This document shows, one piece after another, positions 17,733 to 26,517 of a stretch of 64,000 bases of DNA (position 1 is its first letter; the number at the start of each line of letters is the position of its first letter). Source of the DNA: Candidatus Beckwithbacteria bacterium (GTDB taxonomy: Bacteria; Patescibacteriota; Microgenomatia; UBA1400; CG1-02-47-37). Made by a program: the position numbers and the translations under genes. The notes under the pieces are model-generated. The model saw only the letters and a list, made by a program, of their open reading frames with translations, did no database searches and was not told where the DNA came from. The stretch covers positions 150,062 through 214,061 of the forward strand of contig JAPLVF010000013.1 in the NCBI GenBank assembly GCA_026397255.1. The letters run 5' to 3'.

Positions 17733-19100
17733 ATGAAGATTAAGCTGCCTGAATTGGTGGTTAAAGTTTTGGAAACTTTGGAAAAGGCCGGATTTGAAGC
17801 TTATGTGGTGGGTGGAGCAGTCAGGGATATCTTAACAGAAACGCCGGTTAAAGATTGGGATTTCACTAGCGATGCTAACCCAGAAGAAATTGTGAAACTA
17901 TTTAAAGAGGCTTTCTATGATAATCGATTTGGAACCGTGGGTGTGGCGGCTAAACATCTGGAAGAACAATTCGGATTAAAAAGTAAGACTGACAGAGTCT
18001 ATGAAATAACCACTTTCAGAAGCGAATCGGGATATTCAGACAGACGGCGGCCGGATAAGGTGGCGTGGGGAAAAAGCTTAAAAGAAGATTTAAAAAGAAG
18101 GGATTTTACTATTAATGCCATGAGTTTTAATAAAAATCTAAAATTGATCGATCCGTTTGAGGGAGAAAAAGATTTAACCAATAAACTAATTAGAGCGGTT
18201 GGCGACCCGAATAAAAGATTTCAAGAAGACGCTTTAAGAATGATGCGGGCAATCAGAATTGCCAGCCAATTAGGTTTTAGCATAGAAATAAAAACCCTGG
18301 CAGCGATTAGTAAAAACAGCACTTTAATTAAACAAATCAGCGCCGAAAGAGTAAGGGATGAATTATTAAAAATTCTGGGCTCGAAATATCCAAAAGACGG
18401 AATTTTATTATTATTCAGCACGGGAATTTTAAAATATATTTTGCCGGAATTAATCGAGACGCGGGAAATCGAACAGGCGGGACACCACACTAAAGATGTT
18501 TGGAATCACAGTTTGGATAGTTTAGCCGCCTCTCCCTCCCCCAACCCGATTATCCGCTTAGCCACTTTACTTCATGATATCGGCAAACCGATGGTTAAGG
18601 CAAGCCGGGAAGGTAAAGAAATTACTTTTTACAACCACGAGGTCGCCGGGGCCAGAATGACGAAACTTATCAGCCGCCGTTTGCGCTTATCAAAAAAAGA
18701 CAGCGACTTGCTATGGTTATTGGTCCGCTGGCATATGTTCGCTTATGAACCGAAAATGACTGATAAAGCTATCAGAAGATTTATCCGCCGGATCGGCAAA
18801 GAAAATATTAATAATATGATAATGCTCCGGGTTGGCGACCGCATTGGCGGCGGAAGCAAGGCGACTTCGTGGCGGCTACGCGAATTACAGGAAAGGATTG
18901 AGCAGGTATTGTATACGCCGATGCAAATTACTGACTTAAAAGTTAACGGTAAAGATGTAATGGACACTTTAAATATTCCAAGCGGACCGAAAGTCGGCCA
19001 AATTTTGAAAAAAATATTTGATGAAGTAATGGAAGACGCCACCAAAAACGACCGGGAGTATTTGTTAAAGAGAATTAAAGAAATACAAACTCATACTTGA
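17733..19100 (+). CDS. cca: CCA-adding enzyme / tRNA nucleotidyltransferase with HD domain
   Basis: VGGAVRD, DWD, RRDFTINAM, EDALRMMRA, LLHDIGK. Confidence 0.92.
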   Translation: MKIKLPELVVKVLETLEKAGFEAYVVGGAVRDILTETPVKDWDFTSDANPEEIVKLFKEAFYDNRFGTVGVAAKHLEEQFGLKSKTDRVYEITTFRSESGYSDRRRPDKVAWGKSLKEDLKRRDFTINAMSFNKNLKLIDPFEGEKDLTNKLIRAVGDPNKRFQEDALRMMRAIRIASQLGFSIEIKTLAAISKNSTLIKQISAERVRDELLKILGSKYPKDGILLLFSTGILKYILPELIETREIEQAGHHTKDVWNHSLDSLAASPSPNPIIRLATLLHDIGKPMVKASREGKEITFYNHEVAGARMTKLISRRLRLSKKDSDLLWLLVRWHMFAYEPKMTDKAIRRFIRRIGKENINNMIMLRVGDRIGGGSKATSWRLRELQERIEQVLYTPMQITDLKVNGKDVMDTLNIPSGPKVGQILKKIFDEVMEDATKNDREYLLKRIKEIQTHT

Positions 19101-19125
19101 CATAATGTAACTTTTAAGTTACTAT
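19097..19125 (+). promoter_or_regulatory. Sigma70 promoter and palindromic operator of the TA module
   Basis: TTGACA(19097-19102)-17 bp-TACTAT(19120-19125); inverted repeat GTAACTT-TT-AAGTTAC 19107-19122. Confidence 0.75.
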
Positions 19126-19139
19126 CAATCTAAATTGGC

Positions 19140-19448
19140 ATGAAAAAGATTTATTATGACAAAAATGCTGATAAAGAACTGGCTGAATTTTCCATTTCAG
19201 TTCAAAAAGTTTTCTTATCTTTAATCAATATTTTGAAAACAACCGGAAAACTGGAGTTTCCGGTAACTAAAAAACTTGAGAAAAATCTTTATGAAATCAG
19301 AGTTAAGTTACAAGGAGAATTCCGAGGTTTTTATGCATATATGGGAAAAGAATTTATTGTCATTCTTCACTTTTTCCATAAAAAGACCCAGAAAACACCG
19401 TTAAAAAACCTAAAAACCGCTAAAAGGAGGTTAAAACAATATGAATGA
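19140..19448 (+). CDS. RelE/HigB (Gp49-like) toxin
   Basis: LYEIRV, ILHFFHKKTQKTP motif; toxin-first order. Confidence 0.88.
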   Translation: MKKIYYDKNADKELAEFSISVQKVFLSLINILKTTGKLEFPVTKKLEKNLYEIRVKLQGEFRGFYAYMGKEFIVILHFFHKKTQKTPLKNLKTAKRRLKQYE

Positions 19449-19746
19449 TAAAATTAAAACCGCAATTAAAAGAGGAGATTTAATTTCTTATGATGAAGTT
19501 TTTTCGCGGTATTCTAAAAAACACCAAAGAGAAATTTTAAAACAAGCCCGCTATTTAAAAGCGGCCATGGCCTTAAGAAAATTAAGAAAACAACTGAAAT
19601 TAACCCAAGAAAAATTGGCCAGTAAAATGAAAGTAAAACGGGAATTTATCAGCCGGGCAGAAAGCGGAGAGCAAAACTTAACCCTGGAAACTCTCTATCA
19701 AATCGCCGAAGCGACGGGTAAAAGTTTTCGGTTTCAGTTTAAATAA
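19441..19746 (+). CDS. HigA-like XRE HTH antitoxin
   Basis: LTQEKLA...ISRAESG..NLTLETLYQIAEA. Confidence 0.88.
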   Translation: MNDKIKTAIKRGDLISYDEVFSRYSKKHQREILKQARYLKAAMALRKLRKQLKLTQEKLASKMKVKREFISRAESGEQNLTLETLYQIAEATGKSFRFQFK

Positions 19747-19752
19747 ATCTAC

Positions 19753-19821
19753 GACGCTTCCAAAAACGAGAGGGAATATTTGTTGAAGAAAATTAAAGAT
19801 TCTCACATACCGGGTGTGTGA
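19753..19821 (+). pseudogene. Stranded 3'-end relic of cca (DASKNEREYLLKKIKDSHIPGV*)
   Basis: 19753-19799 matches 19035-19081 at 40/47 nt; ends in the REP palindrome. Confidence 0.9.
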
Positions 19822-19824
19822 TAG
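19803..19824 (+). repeat. REP palindrome (CACC variant, one mismatch) left of RAYT
   Basis: TCACATACC-G-GGTGTGTGA-TAG. Confidence 0.88.
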
Positions 19825-19830
19825 AGAAAA

Positions 19831-20517
19831 TTAGTCAGTTTCAGGATTTTCAAGCAAGATGTGTTTAATTATTGATAGTTCTCTTTGATAATCAGCCTGG
19901 CCAAAAATAAAATCTTCATAACCATTAAGTTTTTTAAAATAGTTAACAATAATGTCTTTCTGACAAATTTCATTTTTTAATCTTAAGTATTCCGGAAGTG
20001 AAGAATATTGATAGTCTTTTAAGCTGGAGATTGTCTTGATGATTCCGGAACTATAAGGATTAAGATGGATATAGCGGGTAACGTGTAAAAGTTGTTGTTC
20101 CGTTTCGACTCTTATAGATTTAAATCTTCCTTGGAAAATTGGCCCTATTCTTTTATTCTTAACATTAAAATAATGAGTATAGCTTTCAGATAGTTTGCGC
20201 ATAAATTCAGAAATTCCTTTATCGTTAACTTGTTTTAAGAGAAAATGAAAATGATTAGGCATTAAACAATAACAGATGATCTCTACGAAATATTTTTTTG
20301 ATTCATTTAGTTTTAATAAATACTCTGCTCTTACTGATTGCGGTAATCGGGAAAAGTATGAATACCGCATTGATTGTTGGTAATGCTGATAGTAAAGAGC
20401 AGTTTCTAAGAATCGACGATAATAGCGATTATCATTGAAAATTGGCATTGAAGCTACGCCGCGATTAATAACGTGATAAATTTCCCCTGTAACTAAAGGA
20501 TCTTCTCTACTGGGCAT
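19831..20517 (-). mobile_element. REP-associated tyrosine transposase (RAYT / Y1 HUH family)
   Basis: YHVINRG, YCLMPNHFHFLL (HUH), GPIFQGRFKS, YIHLNP catalytic Tyr, YQYSS; flanked by inverted REP copies. Confidence 0.92.
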
Positions 20518-20537
20518 TGATTTTTATACTACTATTA

Positions 20538-20560
20538 CTATCACACACCGGGTGTGTGAT
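20538..20560 (-). repeat. REP palindrome (CACC variant) right of RAYT, forming the secF C-terminus and stop
   Basis: CT-ATCACACACC-G-GGTGTGTGAT. Confidence 0.9.
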
Positions 20561-21437
20561 GTCGAGAATGTGATGTTTTAATTTCTTCCCAGAGAACTAA
20601 TAAAGGCGCGGCGGTAAAGGTGGAAGAATAGGTGCCGGAGACGGTGCCGATTAATAAGGCAAAAACAAACCATTTAGTGGTGGAACCGCCGAATAAATAC
20701 AAGGCTAAAAGCATAAAAATAATCGTTAAGGAATTATTAAGCGAGCGGCCGAGGGTTTCGGTAACGGCTTTGTTGACTAACTGGGTAAAAGATAATTTAG
20801 GAAAGAGTTTTTGCGATTCACGGATACGGTCATAAACAACAATGGTGTCATGAACAGAAAAAGACAAAATCGTCAACAAGGCGGTGACAAACAAAGAATC
20901 GATTTCCACCCCAAAATAAACTCCTAAGAAAGCAAAGACACCGATCATAATAAAAGTGTCATGCAGCATAGCTAAGATGGCACAAACACCGAATTTGGCA
21001 TTGCGAAAACGATAAGCGACATAGCCAAGAATAAAGCCGGCAGAAAGCAGAATGCCAACAATGGTCTTCAGGATTAATTCTTTTCCCAGCGTCGGTCCAA
21101 TTGTTTCAAAGCGTTTTTCACTGACGGGTCCGAATTTTTGAGAAATGGCTGTCTGCAATTTTTGACTGGCTGATTGGTCGATGACTTGAGAACGGATAAT
21201 AAAGGTGTTAACCCCGGCAGTCTGCAGATTGCTTAAAGCAATTTCTGACTCCACCACCGGACGCAGTTCATTTAAAGCAATATTTTTATCAGATTGAAGG
21301 CTAATTTCCAATAAGCTGCCGCCGGTAAAATCGACGCTGGGCTTTAAACCGTGGCGAATAAGAAAATACAAACCAGGCAGAATAAACAATAAAGAAAAAG
21401 CAAAGTATAAATATTTGTATTTCATGAAGTTGATCAT
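20541..21437 (-). CDS. secF: Protein translocase subunit SecF
   Basis: VDFTGGS, IGPTLG, SVHDTIVVYDRIRE, GTYSS. Confidence 0.96.
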   Translation of the reverse strand: MINFMKYKYLYFAFSLLFILPGLYFLIRHGLKPSVDFTGGSLLEISLQSDKNIALNELRPVVESEIALSNLQTAGVNTFIIRSQVIDQSASQKLQTAISQKFGPVSEKRFETIGPTLGKELILKTIVGILLSAGFILGYVAYRFRNAKFGVCAILAMLHDTFIMIGVFAFLGVYFGVEIDSLFVTALLTILSFSVHDTIVVYDRIRESQKLFPKLSFTQLVNKAVTETLGRSLNNSLTIIFMLLALYLFGGSTTKWFVFALLIGTVSGTYSSTFTAAPLLVLWEEIKTSHSRHHTPGV

Positions 21438-22693
21438 AAGTTGACCCGCCTCCCTAAAAATAATCTCATAAAAGTCCGAGTAACAATAATGCCGGTAAAT
21501 AAACTGATTAAAACCCCGATTAATAAGGTCAAGGCAAAACCACGGACCATGCCGGAAACATTAAGGAAAGTAAAATTAAACGGATTGATTAAAACTAGGC
21601 TGGTGATAATGGTAGCGGTGTTGGCATCTTTAATTGAGTCCCAAGCCCGGCCAAAAGCCAGCTCTAAAGCTACCGAATAAGGCCGGCCATCTCTTAATTC
21701 TTCCTTCAGGCGCTCGAAAATTAAGATATTGGAGTCAACGGCCATGCCAATCGTTAAAATAAAACCGGCAATTCCGGGAAGAGTCAGGGTGACGGGAACC
21801 AGCTTATAGATAGCTAGGGTGATTAGGCCATAGATCGCTAGGGCCACGTCAGCTAAAAAGCCATTAAAACCATACAGAAGGATCATAAAAAACATCACCA
21901 ATCCCAAGCCGACAGCACCGGCAACCAGACTTTTGGCGACCGAATCAGCCCCCAGGGTGGCGGAAATATTTTCCTGCTCAACAATTTTAATCGGCACCGG
22001 CAAAGCGCCGGCGTTTAACTGGATGGCTAAATCGGCCGCAGTTTTAGGAGTAAAGCTACTTGAAGAAATAATGGCCTGGCCGTTCAGAATCGGCTCATTA
22101 ACGGTCGGGGCAGTAATCAACTGATCGTCCAAAAAAATGGCCAGTGGTTTTTGGACATTCCTAGTAGTAATGTCCGCAAACTTTTTGCCTCCGACTTCGG
22201 TAAACTCTAAGCTGACCACCGGCTGACCAGAAGTTCCGCCTGACTGACCAAAAGTGACGCTGGCTTTTTTCAAATCTTTGCCGGTTAAACCGGCCGGCTG
22301 AAAGATAAGACTGGTAGCGCCGGGAGTCGAGGTTTGATCTTCCCGAAAATCGAGCTGAGCGGTTTGGCCAATCAGACCAATAGCCTGATTAATGTCTTTA
22401 ATACCGGGAAGTTCCACAATTAAACGGTAAGATTCTTCCTGAGTTGAAGTCTGAAGGACCGGTTCGGAAACGCCATAGAGATCCACCCGGCGGGCAATCA
22501 CCTGTTTAACTGATTCCAGGGCGTCGCTTCTGTCTTTCTTGTCCAGACCGGACATATCCGTTTGAAGAATTAAATGAGTCCCACCCTGCAAATCCAAGCC
22601 AGTTTTTAAGGGAATCTGAGAACGAAGGTCAATAAAGAGACAAACCGCAGTCAAGCCAATAATAAATAAAAATCGCCAAAAAAGCCGGTTCAT
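21434..22693 (-). CDS. secD: Protein translocase subunit SecD
   Basis: GLDLQGG, GALPVP, IGMAVDSNILIFER, RGFALTL. Confidence 0.96.
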   Translation of the reverse strand: MNRLFWRFLFIIGLTAVCLFIDLRSQIPLKTGLDLQGGTHLILQTDMSGLDKKDRSDALESVKQVIARRVDLYGVSEPVLQTSTQEESYRLIVELPGIKDINQAIGLIGQTAQLDFREDQTSTPGATSLIFQPAGLTGKDLKKASVTFGQSGGTSGQPVVSLEFTEVGGKKFADITTRNVQKPLAIFLDDQLITAPTVNEPILNGQAIISSSSFTPKTAADLAIQLNAGALPVPIKIVEQENISATLGADSVAKSLVAGAVGLGLVMFFMILLYGFNGFLADVALAIYGLITLAIYKLVPVTLTLPGIAGFILTIGMAVDSNILIFERLKEELRDGRPYSVALELAFGRAWDSIKDANTATIITSLVLINPFNFTFLNVSGMVRGFALTLLIGVLISLFTGIIVTRTFMRLFLGRRVNL

Positions 22694-22696
22694 AAA

Positions 22697-22885
22697 CTAT
22701 GGCGCCGGCGGCAAAGAATTTAAAGATAGCTGTTTGGCGCCTTGAAAAGAATAAATTACCTGGCCGGTTTCCAGAACGGTTTTTACCTTAACCTTGTCTT
22801 TGGCCTTGATACCGACGGCCTTAACAAAAGAAGAAGGCACGGTGACACCAAGGCTGTTACCGACGGTCATAACTTTTTGTTCCAT
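22697..22885 (-). CDS. AbrB/MazE/SpoVT-family small DNA-binding protein
   Basis: QKVMTVGNSLGVTVP swapped-hairpin motif. Confidence 0.75.
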   Translation of the reverse strand: MEQKVMTVGNSLGVTVPSSFVKAVGIKAKDKVKVKTVLETGQVIYSFQGAKQLSLNSLPPAP

Positions 22886-22895
22886 AAATTATATT

Positions 22896-22917
22896 ACCTT
22901 TCGACTTCGCTCAAGGT
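22896..22917. repeat. REP-like hairpin ACCTT-TCGACTTCGCTC-AAGGT
   Basis: Intergenic imperfect palindrome 1 nt from a stop codon; single copy in window. Confidence 0.45.
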
Positions 22918-22918
22918 C

Positions 22919-23503
22919 TTAGCCGACCATCTCCTCTTCGTCGCCGATCAGCATGACCCGCCCGGCCATCAAAATTTTTTGTAAAAAAGGGTCGCGGCGC
23001 TGTTTTCTAAACGCAAATTCTTCTACAGACATGGGCGCGTAATTAATCTCTTTTTCGCGTTCACTTTCGGCTTTACGGATTAACTGATTAAGCTCAGCGG
23101 CCTTAATCGTTCCGACTAATAAAAGGTCAATGTTTTCGTCTGATTTGCGGGGCATCCGCCGGGCAAAGCGGCCGGAAAGAAGGGCAAATTTAATATTACC
23201 CAAAGCAGCTTTGTGCTTAATAATGTCCGCCCCCAAACCGACAGTTTTAGCTGTTAAATTAATTAAATCCTGGTAGAAAGCATAGTTTTTATTGAAAAAG
23301 TAATATAACCGGTTGGCCCGAGCCTCTTTTTTCACCAGGCCCCGCTTTTCCAAACGACCAAGCTCGCGGCGGACGGCATTGATTTCTTCTCCGGCCAAAC
23401 GCACCAGCTGCCGCACATAAAATATTTCCTGAGGCTGATTTAGAAAAAGCTGAATCAGCTTGACGCGGACTTTTGAAACAAACAGATCTTGTAGTTCCGC
23501 CAT
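22919..23503 (-). CDS. Winged-HTH protein with degenerate nucleotidyltransferase-like C-domain
   Basis: LFVSKVRVKL, NAVRRELGRLE HTH; IDLLLVG. Confidence 0.7.
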   Translation of the reverse strand: MAELQDLFVSKVRVKLIQLFLNQPQEIFYVRQLVRLAGEEINAVRRELGRLEKRGLVKKEARANRLYYFFNKNYAFYQDLINLTAKTVGLGADIIKHKAALGNIKFALLSGRFARRMPRKSDENIDLLLVGTIKAAELNQLIRKAESEREKEINYAPMSVEEFAFRKQRRDPFLQKILMAGRVMLIGDEEEMVG

Positions 23504-23521
23504 AATGGTCTTTCTGGCAGG

Positions 23522-24709
23522 TTAATAAGCTACCTTGGTGCCGACTGGCAAAACAGAAATCCAGATTTTACCTGGGTTAAAAACGATTTCTTTAGCTTTA
23601 TCGTCGTAAAAAACCGTCCGGCTGGTACGTTTGGCTTTGGCCCAAGTACCGGCAATGGCTTGGCCGTCTTTAAAAATTAAAGCTTTGCCTTGACCAATGG
23701 TGGTATATAAAAGATGAACGTTGCCGGGATAACCATCATTGGCATTTTTTTCTACGCTAAACTGAACCAGCAGATTTTTGGTGGTTAACTGTTCGTTAAT
23801 ATTCAGATCTTTATGCTCCTGACCGCCATTAAACCGCTTATAAAGGTTGCTGGTTTTATCGTATTGCCAACTAACAGCATAGTTTTCATCTTCCCAAAAC
23901 GGATAACTAACGGTTTGAGAATCCGACCGTTTGTCTTGGGCGCTGTCGTCTTTAGCAAATTTCCAGGGAGTAAACCCCTTTGACCATTCAACTTTATCCG
24001 GGTCAAGATTGGTAAAGCCGCGCTTGACGCCAATCTCCCACAATTTGGTGGTGGTTGAATACATCGTGTGTTCCGTGGCGACAGTATGTCCTAATCTTTC
24101 ATAATCGCGCCAGAAAGTCGGATAACCAATAGAAAATTGGTTTAAATCATTGGCGCCGGCCCAACCATAGCTTTCCAATTGGCCGAGGGCGTCCGCCGGT
24201 CCCGAAGTATTGGCGCCGCCGACATGGGCATACAAAGGCAGGTTGTATTCGGAGGCCCAATCGACAAAATAGGTCCGGGCGCTACGCACCGGCCCAATAA
24301 TTGATTCATAGGCAGCTGCCTGACAGTAAAAAATAGCTTCAAAACGAGTAATCCCGCCTTCAGCGATGCCTTCGTAAACAATATCGGCATCAGACAAACC
24401 GGATTGCGGCCTGGCCTCTAAATGATTCTCAATCATCACGGCTAAAGGCCGACGGCTTTCCCAAAGTTTTTGTTCGGCGGCAGAGTATTTGGCCCCATTG
24501 AGCGGACAAACGGCAGTTTTGGCGCCAGTAACATCGGTAAGCGCCTTCCGGTTGTTGTTTTCCGCCTGATTTGTATTTGAGCTAGATAGGGGCGAAGTTA
24601 AACTACTGCCACCCTTAAAAGCGAAAGTAAAGGCGGCAAAAGAAATACCGGTCACTAATAAATAAACTCCAACGCTTCCAATGATGAATAAAAATTTTTT
24701 ATTTGGCAT
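23522..24709 (-). CDS. DUF3048 (YerB-like) membrane-anchored protein
   Basis: RPLAVMIEN, RPQSGLSDADIVYE, EGGITRF, GPVRSAR. Confidence 0.88.
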   Translation of the reverse strand: MPNKKFLFIIGSVGVYLLVTGISFAAFTFAFKGGSSLTSPLSSSNTNQAENNNRKALTDVTGAKTAVCPLNGAKYSAAEQKLWESRRPLAVMIENHLEARPQSGLSDADIVYEGIAEGGITRFEAIFYCQAAAYESIIGPVRSARTYFVDWASEYNLPLYAHVGGANTSGPADALGQLESYGWAGANDLNQFSIGYPTFWRDYERLGHTVATEHTMYSTTTKLWEIGVKRGFTNLDPDKVEWSKGFTPWKFAKDDSAQDKRSDSQTVSYPFWEDENYAVSWQYDKTSNLYKRFNGGQEHKDLNINEQLTTKNLLVQFSVEKNANDGYPGNVHLLYTTIGQGKALIFKDGQAIAGTWAKAKRTSRTVFYDDKAKEIVFNPGKIWISVLPVGTKVAY

Positions 24710-25160
24710 TTTGGATCGCTTTTAGCTCCTCCTTGGATAATTCATAATTTTCTGCCTGTTTATTTTTAATGGTTTTAGCATAAAGCCGGGTGGCCTCACG
24801 GGAATGAAGCGAGCTTAAAACCAAGCCATTATCATTTTCGTCAAGCAAGGCCAGACAAAAACTTTGGTCGCCCCCGGTTTGGGAAAAAGGGTTAAAGCGG
24901 ACAAAACCAATTTTTTGGAAAGTTGATTTAAGATTAACTTTAACCTTAATTAATTCCTGATTAAGTATAGCAATTTCTTTTTCGTTTAGCTCGACTTTGT
25001 CTAAAAGTTGGGATAAAACCGTTTTTAAATCTTTTTTGGTAATTTTTTTTGTCAGGCGGTTATAGTGAAGCAAGGAGCGGACTAATAACACTGTCAAAAC
25101 AATTACCCAAAGAAACAAAAATAAAACCAAATATTGCAGGATAACTGAATTGAGTATCAT
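24699..25160 (-). CDS. DUF4446 family protein
   Basis: TM, coiled coil, KIGFVRFNPF, GGDQSF, LSKEE. Confidence 0.85.
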   Translation of the reverse strand: MILNSVILQYLVLFLFLWVIVLTVLLVRSLLHYNRLTKKITKKDLKTVLSQLLDKVELNEKEIAILNQELIKVKVNLKSTFQKIGFVRFNPFSQTGGDQSFCLALLDENDNGLVLSSLHSREATRLYAKTIKNKQAENYELSKEELKAIQNAK

Positions 25161-25192
25161 CTGTGTTCTAATTTTATACTATAATATTACTT

Positions 25193-25396
25193 ATGTCCAA
25201 AAGAAGAACCAGGGAACAAAAAATCAGGGCTAAACAAAGGGTTGAGACAAGAGAAATAATTCCCACAGCCATGCCAGAAAAAAACCAAGAAATGGAAAAG
25301 AGACGGTTAATAATTAAAGATTTAAAGAAAACTTTACTGATTACTGCCGGGTTTTTAATAATCCTGGCCATTTTATCAATTTGGCTAAAGCTTTAG
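25193..25396 (+). CDS. Small basic tail-anchored membrane protein
   Basis: TATAAT-N7-ATG; C-terminal TM; converges on and overlaps rdgB. Confidence 0.6.
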   Translation: MSKRRTREQKIRAKQRVETREIIPTAMPEKNQEMEKRRLIIKDLKKTLLITAGFLIILAILSIWLKL

Positions 25397-25919
25397 CCCG
25401 GTGACTATAAAGATTTTTTTGGCTTAAACTCATTTGGGCAAAAGTTTTTTTCAGGGGCGGATAATAAAAAATCGGGTCAAAACCAAAACCCTTTTTCCCT
25501 TTAGGCTCAAGATTAATTAGCCCTTTAGCTTCACCGGTGAAAGTGATAATTTTTCTGCCTGGCTGATAAAAAGCTAAACAACAAACAAATTTTGCTTGGC
25601 GGTTAGACTTGCCTGCCAAGCGACGAATAATCTCGGCCATTGCCCGAGAATAATTCCCCCGGGCAAAACGGTTAGTTTTGATTCCGGGAAAACCGTTTAA
25701 ACTAGATATAACCAAGCCAGAGTCGTCAGCTAAAACAGATGTGTTGAAGTAGCGGCCGTAAGTGGCGACTTTAATTATGGCATTTTCCCGAAAACTCTGG
25801 CCAGCTTCTTTAATGGTAAGTGGCTTTGGTGACTTAAGTAACTTAAGAGAGGAATTTTTTAATAAAAATCTATACTCTTTGACTTTGTTTTGGTTTTGAG
25901 TAGCCAGAAAAACTTTCAT
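25341..25919 (-). CDS. rdgB: Non-canonical purine NTP pyrophosphatase (RdgB/HAM1)
   Basis: ATQNQNK, ADDSGL, GFGFDPIF, SHR. Confidence 0.93.
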   Translation of the reverse strand: MKVFLATQNQNKVKEYRFLLKNSSLKLLKSPKPLTIKEAGQSFRENAIIKVATYGRYFNTSVLADDSGLVISSLNGFPGIKTNRFARGNYSRAMAEIIRRLAGKSNRQAKFVCCLAFYQPGRKIITFTGEAKGLINLEPKGKKGFGFDPIFYYPPLKKTFAQMSLSQKNLYSHRAKALAKLIKWPGLLKTRQ

Positions 25920-25939
25920 TAGCTATAATATAAAGAGAA

Positions 25940-26512
25940 ATGGAAGAAAATGCTCGTTGGAAACTAATCGCTGTCTTTAAACTTGTGATCGTAGTGCTAT
26001 TGTTTGTGGTCACCGGATTATTTTTGTTTAACTGGCAGAAAAAAAGTAAACTAACAACAGCTAAAATTGGTTTTGCCGGCCTCATCGGCCAAACAAACGG
26101 AGCGATTTTAACAATTCCCTACCAACAAACTTTGTACAAATATTTCGGCGCGACAATCGATCCCAAGGTTACGTTACCGGTAAAAACGATTTACGGATAT
26201 AAAGATTTTGAATTTTTAATTGACAGTGGGGCAGTAGTCTCGGCTTTACCGCAAACTTTAGCCTCCGACTTAGGGGTAAGCCTGGAAGAGTTGCCAAGAA
26301 TTACAATTGAGGGTTTTGCCGGACAGAAAACGTTTGCCTATCGGGGTGAATTTGTCATTAAAATCGGTAAAGAAGAAGTAGTAATCCCGGTGGTGTTTTC
26401 GGAAAACCCGAACAGCAGTAATATTTTGGGGAGAATCGGATTTTTTGAACAATTCAATGTTAATTTTGACGCCAATAACCAAACAATAATAATTACTAAA
26501 AAAGGCAGCTAA
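25940..26512 (+). CDS. Membrane-anchored retropepsin-like aspartic protease
   Basis: FLIDSGA catalytic motif, ILGR..FF motif, N-terminal TM. Confidence 0.8.
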   Translation: MEENARWKLIAVFKLVIVVLLFVVTGLFLFNWQKKSKLTTAKIGFAGLIGQTNGAILTIPYQQTLYKYFGATIDPKVTLPVKTIYGYKDFEFLIDSGAVVSALPQTLASDLGVSLEELPRITIEGFAGQKTFAYRGEFVIKIGKEEVVIPVVFSENPNSSNILGRIGFFEQFNVNFDANNQTIIITKKGS

Positions 26513-26517
26513 TTTCT

